NCBI GenBank assembly: GCA_963828195.1
Contig: CAWHDT010000005.1
Coordinates: 256,001-320,000 of the forward strand
DNA: 64,000 nt
Origin: Candidatus Bathyarchaeota archaeon
GTDB lineage: Archaea; Thermoproteota; Bathyarchaeia; Bathyarchaeales; Bathycorpusculaceae
Reading direction: 5' to 3'
The translations under genes were made by a program, and so were the position numbers. Each line of letters begins with the position of its first letter. Positions within the stretch are counted from its first letter, which is position 1. Positions 1-9,271 of the stretch are shown here, in pieces. The notes beneath the pieces were generated by a model. That model was not told the DNA's origin and did not search any database. It worked only from the letters and a program-made list of their open reading frames with translations.

Positions 1-4
1 TTTT

Positions 5-46
5 TCAAAAAGACAGCAATAGCTCGGAAACAACTGTTGTTCTTCT
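5..46 (+). repeat. Degenerate partial copy of the dispersed double-hairpin repeat (hairpin 1 only)
   Basis: GGAAACAACTGTTGTTCTTCTG is shared with the copies at ~24.4, 34.4 and 52.7 kb. Confidence 0.6.
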
Positions 47-214
47 GCATCATATAGGATTTCGCGCAAGGTTTTTCTTTAGTTTTCAAAAATGATGCAA
101 TGCCGTAGAGAAGGACAGAAGAATTTTCAACTTAGAAACGCGTTTTGCCCATTTGAAAATATGCGAAAAAATGAAATAGCCCAGCACTCAACATCATAGA
201 GCAGAGGCTTAACT

Positions 215-982
215 TTGTCGTTTAAAGAGAAAATGCAGGAAGCTGCAAAGAGCAAGAGTTCTCCGATTGTTTTGGCGCTGGATTTTCCTTATGAAGCTCC
301 AGGGAACCGGAGCCAAATTTTAGGTAAAGCCCAGAAAATCCTCAAAGCCGTTCACCCATACATCTGCGCAGTAAAAATAAACCATCATCTTACGCTTCCG
401 CTCGGCACCTTTGACGGCGTGCAGCAGCTTGTGGAGCAGATTCGCGGACAAGGCTTGCTTGCAATCATGGATGCTAAAGTAAACGACATAGGCGCAACCA
501 ACCAAGTTATAGCTGACTACTATTACGCGGCGGGTTTTGACGCTTTAATCGCCAACCCATTTGTAGGCTGGGAGGAAGGCTTAGAGCCACTCTTCAAGGT
601 TTCACAGAGGCTTAACCGAGGCGTTATACTTCTCTGCTACATGAGCCACAAAGGAGCAAACGAAGGCTACGGACAAACAATAATTGATCAGGAAACAGGC
701 GAAAAAACGCTGCAGTACGTTTCTTTTGCCAGAAAAGCTTTGAAATGGGGTGCTGACGGAGTGGTCGTCGGCGCAACGGTGCCTCAAAAGATAAGTGAAG
801 TAAAAAAGATTCTCGGGGAAAAAGTCCCCATCTACTCGCCCGGTGTTGGGGCTCAGGGTGGAGCTGCGGAAACGGCGGTTAAGGCGGGAGCCAGCTACCT
901 TATTGTTGGGCGAGAAATCACGATGGCGGCAGACCCAGCGAAAGCGGCAAGTCAGCTTTGCGATTCAGTAAAAGGAATTTAG
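215..982 (+). CDS. pyrF: Orotidine-5'-phosphate decarboxylase
   Basis: ALD, DAKVNDIGAT (DxKxxDIxxT), VVGAT, SPGVGAQGG and IVGR motifs; TTG start. Confidence 0.95.
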   Translation: MSFKEKMQEAAKSKSSPIVLALDFPYEAPGNRSQILGKAQKILKAVHPYICAVKINHHLTLPLGTFDGVQQLVEQIRGQGLLAIMDAKVNDIGATNQVIADYYYAAGFDALIANPFVGWEEGLEPLFKVSQRLNRGVILLCYMSHKGANEGYGQTIIDQETGEKTLQYVSFARKALKWGADGVVVGATVPQKISEVKKILGEKVPIYSPGVGAQGGAAETAVKAGASYLIVGREITMAADPAKAASQLCDSVKGI

Positions 983-988
983 AGCCGT

Positions 989-1144
989 TTATCTTTGGCG
1001 TTTGTTTTCCCAGAGCTCTTTCTTTAGCAAATCACGTACGGAAGAGCGGATTACGCTGCTTCTGCTCGGGTACATGTTAGCTCGGACTAATTCATCTAAA
1101 CCTTCAAGATAAGCTTCTGGTAACAGGACAGTTACAAGTTTCAC
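989..1144 (-). CDS. Small ribbon-helix-helix (CopG/CdrS-like) regulator, 51 aa, not in ORF track
   Basis: Hand translation MKLVTVLLPEAYLEGLDELVRANMYPSRSSVIRSSVRDLLKKELWENKRQR; GGAGG SD before GTG; TATA-like TTTTATAT upstream. Confidence 0.85.
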   Translation of the reverse strand: MKLVTVLLPEAYLEGLDELVRANMYPSRSSVIRSSVRDLLKKELWENKRQR

Positions 1145-1224
1145 TTTATTTTTGCCTCCCTTAAACTATATCATGCATATAACATGCCGCAAATATAAAA
1201 GTTAACCAGCAAACCCCGACTAAA

Positions 1225-2073
1225 TCACAAGTTTCTTAGTTGATTTAAAGTTCCTAAATATGTGCCATCTAAAAGGTAAAGCTCAGAGTTATCCACATCC
1301 ACTGCTTCCGAGCGCAGCACGGGTCCAATCAACGCTTCGCTGCCGATTTCTTTTCGGGGTCTTGTTTCGTTTATTGGTCTGCCGCCGAGGAAATCGTTGA
1401 AGCTGGGCATAATGAAAATCTCCTTCGCCTTCAGCCTGACATTGTAGTGGTTCTTGAGTGTTTCCGTCACGGTGCCTTTGATTTTCACGTTGTGCTTCTG
1501 CAGCAGAATCTTGGCTAAGGCTTCAGAGTTGCAGTTTGCTTTCATCCAGACCTGCCTGGTAATTTTGAATCCTGCTGGGTCACGGAAAACCACAACAGGG
1601 TGCAAATGCCCCATAACCAAGGTTTTGCACTGCAGCAAAGCGGGCGAAGGCCATTTGTGACCATGAAAAACGCCTACATCCCCAATGACTTCTCCAGTCG
1701 CAGGCAGCAGCTTCACACTTTCTGGAAGAAGAGGTTCAAGGTTAGCATCATGGTTCCCCCGCACCACCGCTATTTCATCAACGTAACCCTGCAGTTTTAC
1801 GAAAAAATCGGGGATGTCATGCCACTCGCCCAATTCACTGGAAATCACCGAGTACTTTACGTCGCCGACAATTATCAGCTGCTGCGGCTTGTGTTTGGTG
1901 ATTATTGCGGTTAGTTTGTTGAGGATTTTTTGGGTTTGGCTTGGAACGTGGATTCCCTTTTCTTGAAGGGACATTTCCCAGCCGAGGTGCGGGTCAGCGA
2001 TGAGGAGAACTTTGGTTTTTCCATTTTTTACCAGAGCAGCGGGGTAAGGCCAAAGCAAACGCAACATACTCAT
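1225..2073 (-). CDS. Calcineurin-like metallophosphoesterase
   Basis: DPHLG, GDVK, RGNHD, HGH and GHLHP motifs. Confidence 0.85.
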   Translation of the reverse strand: MSMLRLLWPYPAALVKNGKTKVLLIADPHLGWEMSLQEKGIHVPSQTQKILNKLTAIITKHKPQQLIIVGDVKYSVISSELGEWHDIPDFFVKLQGYVDEIAVVRGNHDANLEPLLPESVKLLPATGEVIGDVGVFHGHKWPSPALLQCKTLVMGHLHPVVVFRDPAGFKITRQVWMKANCNSEALAKILLQKHNVKIKGTVTETLKNHYNVRLKAKEIFIMPSFNDFLGGRPINETRPRKEIGSEALIGPVLRSEAVDVDNSELYLLDGTYLGTLNQLRNL

Positions 2074-2891
2074 TTAACCAGGCTTAAGATTTTTTTATGA
2101 ATCTCCCTGTTGCCTGAAGCCACAAAACTCAAAGTTTGCCGTGGATCCAACTCGACGTTTAAAGCTTGATTGCTCGGCGAAGTCACTATTCCGCCCGCCT
2201 CTTTTATGATGAGAAAAGCCGCCGCCACGTCGGTCGTGCGTAGTTTTCCGCGTATGTCAACAAACGCATCTGTCAACCCGTTTGCTACATAGCAGAGTTC
2301 AAGCGCGTTGGCGCCGAAATGGCGGATATGCTTTGTTTCGCCAATAAGAGCGGTTAGTCTGGGCGCGATTTCCTTGACTTTGTAGGTGTTCAAATCTAAA
2401 CCTATCAATGCATCGCCTAAGTCGGACGTTTTTGAGGGATGAATTTTTTCGCCGTCGCGGTAAGCCCCCTCGCCTCGGAAGGCAGTGTAGGTTACGTCGT
2501 GGAAAAGGTCCGTGACCATGCCCGCGTAAACGTTTGCAAGCGGACGTTTGTCTGAAACCGCGATTGAGCAAGCGTAGAAGGGTAAGCCGTGCATAAAATT
2601 TGTGCTTCCATCAACAGGGTCAACCGTAACAAAACACTCCTCTGCAGCAGAACCATACTTTTTCACTCCTGACTCTTCGCTTATCAGTGTAAACGAAACG
2701 TCATGCCGCTTTAGGGTTTCAACGATTGCGGTTTCAGCTGCCAAATCCATCGGCTTCATAACGTCGCCGCCTGCACCTACACCCAAGTTAGGCTGGGGCT
2801 CCCGAATGGTGGCGATGCATGGCTGAATGCAGGCTTGAACGTTGTTTTTGCATTCAACAAGGATTTTCTGCCAGTCTTCTCGGATTGTCAT
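2070..2891 (-). CDS. suhB: Inositol monophosphatase / FBPase IV family protein
   Basis: ISEESG, VDPVDGSTNF and DVAAA motifs; ATG at 2891 preferred over the track start 2957. Confidence 0.85.
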   Translation of the reverse strand: MTIREDWQKILVECKNNVQACIQPCIATIREPQPNLGVGAGGDVMKPMDLAAETAIVETLKRHDVSFTLISEESGVKKYGSAAEECFVTVDPVDGSTNFMHGLPFYACSIAVSDKRPLANVYAGMVTDLFHDVTYTAFRGEGAYRDGEKIHPSKTSDLGDALIGLDLNTYKVKEIAPRLTALIGETKHIRHFGANALELCYVANGLTDAFVDIRGKLRTTDVAAAFLIIKEAGGIVTSPSNQALNVELDPRQTLSFVASGNREIHKKILSLVK

Positions 2892-3031
2892 CGCGGTGTA
2901 CTTCCATTGTTTCTTATGCACTGTCAAGCTGATAAAATTATGCGCTCTTTGCCCCAAAGTCTAAAGCGTGGGAAAGCCGAGACAAAACTTAAACTATAGT
3001 TTTTCCCTGTAATACTTGACGTGGTTTGCGG

Positions 3032-3256
3032 ATGGAAAGAAAACGAGCGTTTTTGCAGGGACTGGGAATTATCGTTTTCGGAGTCATTTTTATAGCTCTT
3101 ACGTCGGCTCTGTATTTTTTATCCTACGTCAAAGGTGACCACGTCTTTCTTTTTCTCGGTCTCAGCGGCGTTTTGATTTTTTTGGGTGTTGTTGCGATTC
3201 TTGTTTCCAAAAGAGCCCCCTCAAGCGACATTTCGAAACCGCAACGAAAATCATAA
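3032..3256 (+). CDS. Small two-TM membrane protein
   Basis: Two hydrophobic segments and a basic tail; TATA-like sequence upstream. Confidence 0.6.
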   Translation: MERKRAFLQGLGIIVFGVIFIALTSALYFLSYVKGDHVFLFLGLSGVLIFLGVVAILVSKRAPSSDISKPQRKS

Positions 3257-3426
3257 CTACAGTCTAATTCCAAGTTCTTAAGTCGTCGGTTGACGTTTTC
3301 TCCGCGAAAAATCGGTTGGAAACTGAAGGCGAAAATAAGTGGAAAACCCTAATCTAAAATGCAAGCAAAAAAACTTGACGCTAAGAAGCTTTTTTGTTAT
3401 TCTTTTTCTGATAAATCACCCAAATT

Positions 3427-4266
3427 TTATATGCCACTGTTGGAAACAGTTTGCTGACTTGAATTAACGGGTTTTCTTTTTCTCATATAAAGTAGCAGAG
3501 AAACAATGACAACCAATAAGGCAATGATAATAATATAAATCGTTATCGATGAAAACTCTGGAACCGTGGGTGTTGCGGTTGGAGTTGGAGATGGCGTTTG
3601 CGATGTTGTTGGATTTGGTGAAGCAGAAGTTGCAGGAACAGTTATGGTTTGTGTGTTGCTCCAATCGCCCGTTTCACCATTAAAAAATACCATATCGCCC
3701 ATTTGTCCCTCTTGTTCCACATTGGGTTGACCTATCAATGCTCTGACTTGAAAGTCTACTTGACCGCCCACTGGAAAATTAGTTACGCTGCCAACTTGTT
3801 CTCCATTTGGGTTAAGCGGTTCATCGCTGTTAATTGGAACCGAAATAGTCGTGTAGCCGCCATTTGACTGAATGCAATACTGTGTTAATCCAACAGGAGT
3901 TATCGAATTAGAATATGAGTAAAGTTGCCAATCAGAATCATAGTGCCCCTTATACTGAACCTGATACCAAAGGTTAACTTCTGAACCGTTTACCGAGTAC
4001 GACGTAAAAGGTTGATTGGTTATCGTAACATCTATTGACTGGTTCTGTATTGAGTATCCGTTTTGTGTTATTGTAGTCTGTCCTGTGTATGGGTCCACTG
4101 TGGTACTTGGAGCTACACTGAATGGTCGTGCAACAATTTTCAATGTAAATGTTGGAACAGACGGAGTAGGTATCGACTGAGCAGACGCTGGTTTTGCCAT
4201 TATTAGACTTGACACGGCTAAGAGAGCAATAAGAAGCAATGAGAAACTTTTGCTGATTCCACTCAT
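3427..4266 (-). CDS. Secreted surface protein with signal peptide, P/T/S linker and PEF-CTERM-like sorting signal
   Basis: Hydrophobic signal ending ASA; C-terminal VPEF, TM helix and RKRK. Confidence 0.8.
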   Translation of the reverse strand: MSGISKSFSLLLIALLAVSSLIMAKPASAQSIPTPSVPTFTLKIVARPFSVAPSTTVDPYTGQTTITQNGYSIQNQSIDVTITNQPFTSYSVNGSEVNLWYQVQYKGHYDSDWQLYSYSNSITPVGLTQYCIQSNGGYTTISVPINSDEPLNPNGEQVGSVTNFPVGGQVDFQVRALIGQPNVEQEGQMGDMVFFNGETGDWSNTQTITVPATSASPNPTTSQTPSPTPTATPTVPEFSSITIYIIIIALLVVIVSLLLYMRKRKPVNSSQQTVSNSGI

Positions 4267-4452
4267 AATTAGTTTTAGGTAGAGTTAGCGATAAAAGGGT
4301 TCTCGTAAAGATTCATTGCCACAAGATTTCTTGACTTATACAGAAACACGCATTTTCTTAAAATAAAAGACCACTATCATGCGTTCTACAAATAATCAAA
4401 CGAATTTTCACATTCACCACATTTCAACCGACAATTTCACAGAGCCTAATTC

Positions 4453-4467
4453 CGAAACGCTTATATT
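4453..4467 (+). promoter_or_regulatory. Putative BRE/TATA promoter of the aromatic leader and operon
   Basis: CGAAACGC-TTATATT about 40 nt upstream of the leader ATG (4507). Confidence 0.5.
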
Positions 4468-4506
4468 TTCTTGATAACGTCTCATTGAACAAGGGTTCGA
4501 AGCTAC

Positions 4507-4590
4507 ATGTCCAATTGCAAAAGCCACAAAGGAAACAGTTCCGCACAATCGCTCAGCTTCGACTACTATTTTTACGGTTATTTTTCTTAA
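4507..4590 (+). CDS. Putative Phe/Tyr-rich leader (attenuator) peptide, 27 aa
   Basis: MSNCKSHKGNSSAQSLSFDYYFYGYFS*; 7 of the last 10 sense codons are Phe/Tyr; lies directly upstream of the shikimate/Tyr operon. Confidence 0.75.
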   Translation: MSNCKSHKGNSSAQSLSFDYYFYGYFS

Positions 4591-4628
4591 GCCCAGAACT
4601 GAAAAGTTTTTTAAGCAAGGTTCTGGGC
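4591..4628 (+). promoter_or_regulatory. Leader hairpin (candidate attenuator/antiterminator) enclosing a U6 tract
   Basis: GCCCAGAAC (4591-4599) and GTTCTGGGC (4620-4628) form a perfect inverted repeat starting at the base after the leader stop; TTTTTT at 4607-4612. Confidence 0.65.
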
Positions 4629-4646
4629 AAGGCACGGGTGTAAGCG

Positions 4647-5894
4647 ATGGCGAAGAATGATTCTGGCAGAAGAATTGTTGTTAAATTCGGGGGGTCTAGC
4701 CTGGCGGATCATGAGCGGCTCTTGAAAGCGGCGCTTGCCGTGGTCAACGAAGCCAAGGCGGGCACACAGGTCGCTGTTGTAGTTTCTGCTATGGGTAAAA
4801 CAACCGATGTCCTTATGACGACGGCGAAAAACGCTTCCCACGGGAAACTGGAGAAAAAAGACTTGGACGATATCCTCTCTATGGGCGAGCGTACCAGCAT
4901 AAGAATTTTCGCTGCTGCATTGAAAAACAACGGTGCCGAATCCTGCTACTTCGACCCCATCGACAGCAACTGGCCGATAATTACTGATTCAGCATTCCAA
5001 AACGCCAACCCAATACTGAAGGACTGCGAAAAAAATATTCGCGAATGCATACTGCCAGTCATGGAGAAAAGCGTCATACCTGTGGTGGCGGGGTTCCTCG
5101 GCAAAACAAAGGACGGCAAAATCACCACTCTTGGAAGAGGCGGCAGCGACACAACAGCGTTTATCTTAGCTGAAGCCCTGAACGCTGACGAAATCGTCTT
5201 AGTCACCGACGCAGACGGCATAATGTCAGGCGACCCAAAAATCGTGTCGAACCCAGAGCGCCTAAAAGAAATCGACGTTAACACTATAGTGGGGTTAGCT
5301 GATTCAGGCGCCAAATTTATCCACAGCAAAGCCCTAAAGTACAAACCCAAAAACATCAACGTCCGAGTAATCAACCACGCGCACGGCAACTTAACTAAAG
5401 AAGGCACCGTAATCACGGGCGCATTAGCAACGGAACTGGACGCGGAAATAGCTCATCCTTTTCCAGTTGCTGAAATAACGGTGGTCGGAAACGGCATCTC
5501 CGCAAACCCCCAAATCATCCAGGAAATGGTGGAGAAAACCAAACAGCACTCGCAGCTTTTGGGCATGTCGATGAACACAAACTCAATCATACTTTATGCT
5601 TCTCAAGAAAAAACCTTGGACGCACTCTTCAACGACATCCACAATATCACAAAAAGCAACAGGGAAACCATAGCGATGGCGGTCAAAAAAGACTTGGTTT
5701 TCATAAAAACAAGCGGGGTCGGCTTAGAGGAAACCCATGGCATAATTGGGAAAATCAGCGAAGACCTCAGATTGAACGGCATAAACATTTCAGGCATACT
5801 GACCATAACGTCAAGTATTTTGCTTTTTGTAGATTGGAATGAGCGTGAAAAAGCGCTTGCGCTAATTAAAAACTCATTAAGGACTTCGAAATAA
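4647..5894 (+). CDS. lysC: Aspartate kinase with C-terminal ACT domains
   Basis: VVKFGGSS, VVVSAMG, TTLGRGGSDTTA and TDADGIMSGDP motifs. Confidence 0.9.
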   Translation: MAKNDSGRRIVVKFGGSSLADHERLLKAALAVVNEAKAGTQVAVVVSAMGKTTDVLMTTAKNASHGKLEKKDLDDILSMGERTSIRIFAAALKNNGAESCYFDPIDSNWPIITDSAFQNANPILKDCEKNIRECILPVMEKSVIPVVAGFLGKTKDGKITTLGRGGSDTTAFILAEALNADEIVLVTDADGIMSGDPKIVSNPERLKEIDVNTIVGLADSGAKFIHSKALKYKPKNINVRVINHAHGNLTKEGTVITGALATELDAEIAHPFPVAEITVVGNGISANPQIIQEMVEKTKQHSQLLGMSMNTNSIILYASQEKTLDALFNDIHNITKSNRETIAMAVKKDLVFIKTSGVGLEETHGIIGKISEDLRLNGINISGILTITSSILLFVDWNEREKALALIKNSLRTSK

Positions 5895-5910
5895 GCAAAG
5901 GTGACGAAAC

Positions 5911-6702
5911 ATGAATCAAGGAAAAACAAGACGATTAAAAAGAATCATGCAGGAAGACAACCGCACCGTAGTCGTGCCCATGGATCACGGCGTAACAATA
6001 GGCCCAATTCGGGGAATCACTAACATGCAGCAAATAATCGATAAACTCCTAAAAGGCGGAGTTGACGCAGTGCTTGTCCACAAAGGCATCGCCAAACACG
6101 TTGACGCTGGAAACGCAGGGTTAATAGTGATGTTGTCAGGCATGTCAAACCTTAGCCCCAACGTAAACGGTAAAGTTCAAGTATGCAGCGTCAAAGAAGC
6201 CATTCGGCTTGGCGCAGACGCCGTTTCCGTCCACGTGAACGTCGGTTCACAAGATGAAGACAAAATGTTAAGCAACCTAGGCAGTGTAGCCGAAGAATGC
6301 GACTTATACGGCATGCCGCTGCTCGCGATGATGTACCCGCGGGGACCAAAAATACAGGACGAACATGCACCAGAAGTGGTAGCCCACGCAGCAAGAATCG
6401 GCGCTGAACTGGGAGCGGACATAATTAAAACAAACTTCACAGGCAAAATAGACAGCTTCAAAGAGGTTGTCGAAAGCTGCCCGGTTCCAGTCTTGATTGC
6501 CGGAGGACCAAAATGCAAATCTGCCCAAGAAATCCTCCAAACCACACATGACGCTCTGGAGGCGGGAGCCGCGGGACTCTCCATAGGAAGAAACGTGTTC
6601 CAAAACGAAAACCCAACCCTGATAGTAAAAGCGCTCTCAGCAATCGTTCACAGCGGCGCCAGCGTGGAGCAAGCGCTTAAAATTCTCGGTGAAAAACCTT
6701 GA
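5911..6702 (+). CDS. aroA': 2-amino-3,7-dideoxy-D-threo-hept-6-ulosonate synthase (AroA', DhnA-type aldolase)
   Basis: PMDHG, MMYPRG, ELGADIIKT, IAGGPK and GRNVFQ motifs; next to DHQ synthase II. Confidence 0.9.
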   Translation: MNQGKTRRLKRIMQEDNRTVVVPMDHGVTIGPIRGITNMQQIIDKLLKGGVDAVLVHKGIAKHVDAGNAGLIVMLSGMSNLSPNVNGKVQVCSVKEAIRLGADAVSVHVNVGSQDEDKMLSNLGSVAEECDLYGMPLLAMMYPRGPKIQDEHAPEVVAHAARIGAELGADIIKTNFTGKIDSFKEVVESCPVPVLIAGGPKCKSAQEILQTTHDALEAGAAGLSIGRNVFQNENPTLIVKALSAIVHSGASVEQALKILGEKP

Positions 6703-7727
6703 AGGAACTATGGATCGAAATTGGCAAAAAACTAGCTGCCCCGCCATCAAAAATCATTGACGATTACTTTGATGTAGTTATTGATAGCGGCAAAGCTACA
6801 TTTTGGGCAATCGATAAAAACAAACAGGTTGACATTGTTTCTCCAAACAAAGGAGAGCGGCTGGAAAACGCCAATGTTAAAAACGAGATTCTGCGGATTT
6901 GTATCAGTGATAAAGAAACTGAAAACCAAATAGTTGAAGCGGCAGAGCTTGGAGCAAGCTACTTAATTATAAGCTGCGCTAACTGGCGTGTTATTCCTTT
7001 AGAAAACCTTATTGCCCGAATAAAGGGCAAAAGTAAACTCATTGCCGAAGTTACCACTGCTGAAGAAGCCAAGATAGCGCTGGAAACCCTCGAATTAGGA
7101 ACCGATGGAGTTTTACTGAAAACTTCAGACAGCGAGGAAATTCTCAAAGCAGTTGCAGTCGTTAAGCCTGAAGCTTTGAAGCTTGAAATGGCTGTGGCAA
7201 AAATAATTTCTACCAAGCCCATCAGCACGGGCGCTCGAGTTTGCGTAGACACGTGCGATTTGATGACTCAAGGTGAGGGGATGCTTGTGGGCAGCCAAAG
7301 TGCTGGTTTATTTTTGGTGGAGGCAGAGGTGCATGAGAACCCCTATGTTGCGTCTCGGCCGTTTAGGGTGAACGCGGGGTCCTGTTCCATGTATACACTG
7401 GGCAGTTTGCAGACCACTCGTTACCTGCAAGAATTCAAGGCAGGCGACGAAGTCATAGTTGTCAATCGCGAAGGCAAAACCCGCAAAACCAACGTGGGAC
7501 GCATAAAAATCGAGATCAGACCGCTCATCTTAGTAGAAGCGCAAGTCGAAGGCAAAACCATAAAAACTATCCTTCAAAACGCCGAAACCATTCGCCTAGT
7601 AACGCAAGAAGGCTCAAAGCCCGTAACTGAGCTTAAACCCAGCGACGAAGTTATCGTGCACTTAGCCGCCAAGGGAGGCCGGCACTTCGGCATATCAGTG
7701 CCTGAAGAAACGGTGATAGAAAAGTGA
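6699..7727 (+). CDS. aroB': 3-dehydroquinate synthase type II (archaeal AroB')
   Basis: WRVIPLENLIA, RVCVDT, RPFRVNAG, LQNAETIRL and GRHFG motifs. Confidence 0.92.
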   Translation: MKELWIEIGKKLAAPPSKIIDDYFDVVIDSGKATFWAIDKNKQVDIVSPNKGERLENANVKNEILRICISDKETENQIVEAAELGASYLIISCANWRVIPLENLIARIKGKSKLIAEVTTAEEAKIALETLELGTDGVLLKTSDSEEILKAVAVVKPEALKLEMAVAKIISTKPISTGARVCVDTCDLMTQGEGMLVGSQSAGLFLVEAEVHENPYVASRPFRVNAGSCSMYTLGSLQTTRYLQEFKAGDEVIVVNREGKTRKTNVGRIKIEIRPLILVEAQVEGKTIKTILQNAETIRLVTQEGSKPVTELKPSDEVIVHLAAKGGRHFGISVPEETVIEK

Positions 7728-8404
7728 CAACTAGAATCTGCGTTTCGATTCTCCCAAAAGACATCGAGGAAGCATTAAGTCTCATCGAGACAGCTGAAAA
7801 AGAAAAGGCAAACCTCGTAGAAGTAAGACTGGACCACCTTGGAGCAGCCAGAAACCTAAAGGATCTTGTTAAAAGCACAAAAATTCCTCTAATCGCAACA
7901 AACAAGCTCTTAATTGAAAACGGCTTTTTTGGTGGAACAGAAACAGCGCGGCAGCAAACGTTATTTTTGGCTGCTAAAAACGGTTTTGAATATGTAGATG
8001 TTGACTTAGGCGGCTTAAAACTTAAAGAAACAATCGGTGAACTCAAGCCTTTAGGCGCTAAACTAATCGTTTCCTACCACAACTTTAACGGCACATTAAA
8101 CATTTCTGAAATGGTAAAAATTCTGGAAGAAGAAATGGCTTGCGGCGCTAATGTCTGCAAAATCGTGACGACAGCAAATAAAATGGAAGATAACCTTGCA
8201 ATGCTGAATTTTGTTTCCGCCATGTCCAGCAAGACTAAGCTTGTCTGTTTCTGCATGGGCGAGCAAGGAAAAGTTTCCAGGCTTCTTTCGCCGTTGTTCG
8301 GTGCCTTCTTCACGTTTGCTTCTTTGAAGCAGGGCAGTGAAACCGCTGCAGGTCAAATGACTGTTCAGGAAATGAGGGCGACCTACGACCTCTTGGGGGC
8401 ATAA
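7724..8404 (+). CDS. aroD: 3-dehydroquinate dehydratase type I
   Basis: VEVRLD, IVSYHNF, KIV, MGEQGKVSR and AAGQ motifs. Confidence 0.9.
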   Translation: MTTRICVSILPKDIEEALSLIETAEKEKANLVEVRLDHLGAARNLKDLVKSTKIPLIATNKLLIENGFFGGTETARQQTLFLAAKNGFEYVDVDLGGLKLKETIGELKPLGAKLIVSYHNFNGTLNISEMVKILEEEMACGANVCKIVTTANKMEDNLAMLNFVSAMSSKTKLVCFCMGEQGKVSRLLSPLFGAFFTFASLKQGSETAAGQMTVQEMRATYDLLGA

Positions 8405-8407
8405 ATC

Positions 8408-9271
8408 ATGGTTATTTCAGGAAAAACCCAGGTTTGCGGAGTAATCGGTGACCCCATAGAGCACACTCTTAGCCCAATTATTCATAATGCGGCGTTTGAG
8501 GCTTTGAAAATAAACTATGTTTTTTTAGCCTTCAGAGTAAAATCCGCGGAGGTTGAAAACGCGGTAAAGGGCATGCGCGCATTAAGCATCCACGGCTTAA
8601 ACGTAACTATGCCGCATAAAAACGCCGTCATAAAATTCTTGGATGAAGTGGACCCCACTGGCAAAGCCATAGGTTCCGTCAACACTATCCTGAACAAAGA
8701 TGGGCGCCTTCTCGGGTTCAACACGGACGGCGTCGGAGCCCTAACTGCGCTGGAACAAAACGGCGTCGAGCTAAAAGGTAAAAAGGTGCTGTTGCTTGGA
8801 GCAGGCGGCGCCGCAAAAGCAATAGCGTACACGCTCTCGCAAGACGCAGATGAACTGGTAATTTTGAACCGCACACCTGAACCAGCCTCCGAATTAGCCG
8901 GGCTATTGAAACAAAAGTTCAACAAAAAAATCAGCGCAGACAAGCTCTCGCCAAACGCAGTAAAAGATAACCTCGGTAACTCCGAAGTGCTCATTAACGC
9001 CACTTCAATCGGGATGAAACCAAACGCCGATCAAACCCCAGTTGCACCCGAATGGCTCAGACCTGACTTGGCAGTGATGGACATAGTGTATAATCCAATT
9101 GAGACGAAGCTCGCTAAAGATGCTAAAGCGGCAGGAGCCAAAGTCGTGGGCGGAGTGGAAATGCTGATTTCTCAAGGCGCCGTTTCGTTCGAAATCTTCA
9201 CTGCTTGCAAGGCGCCAGTTGCGGTTATGAGGAAGGCAGCGCTTAATCACTTGCGGACGGTGCAGAAGTGA
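8408..9271 (+). CDS. aroE: Shikimate dehydrogenase
   Basis: NVTMPHK, SVNT, NTDG, GAGGAA, NATSIGM and DIVYNP motifs. Confidence 0.95.
   Translation: MVISGKTQVCGVIGDPIEHTLSPIIHNAAFEALKINYVFLAFRVKSAEVENAVKGMRALSIHGLNVTMPHKNAVIKFLDEVDPTGKAIGSVNTILNKDGRLLGFNTDGVGALTALEQNGVELKGKKVLLLGAGGAAKAIAYTLSQDADELVILNRTPEPASELAGLLKQKFNKKISADKLSPNAVKDNLGNSEVLINATSIGMKPNADQTPVAPEWLRPDLAVMDIVYNPIETKLAKDAKAAGAKVVGGVEMLISQGAVSFEIFTACKAPVAVMRKAALNHLRTVQK

Noticed and set aside
4379-4474. Short ORF MRSTNNQTNFHIHHISTDNFTEPNSETLIFS with a His cluster
   Set aside because: It overlaps the predicted TATA box of the aromatic leader, and His is unrelated to the downstream operon.
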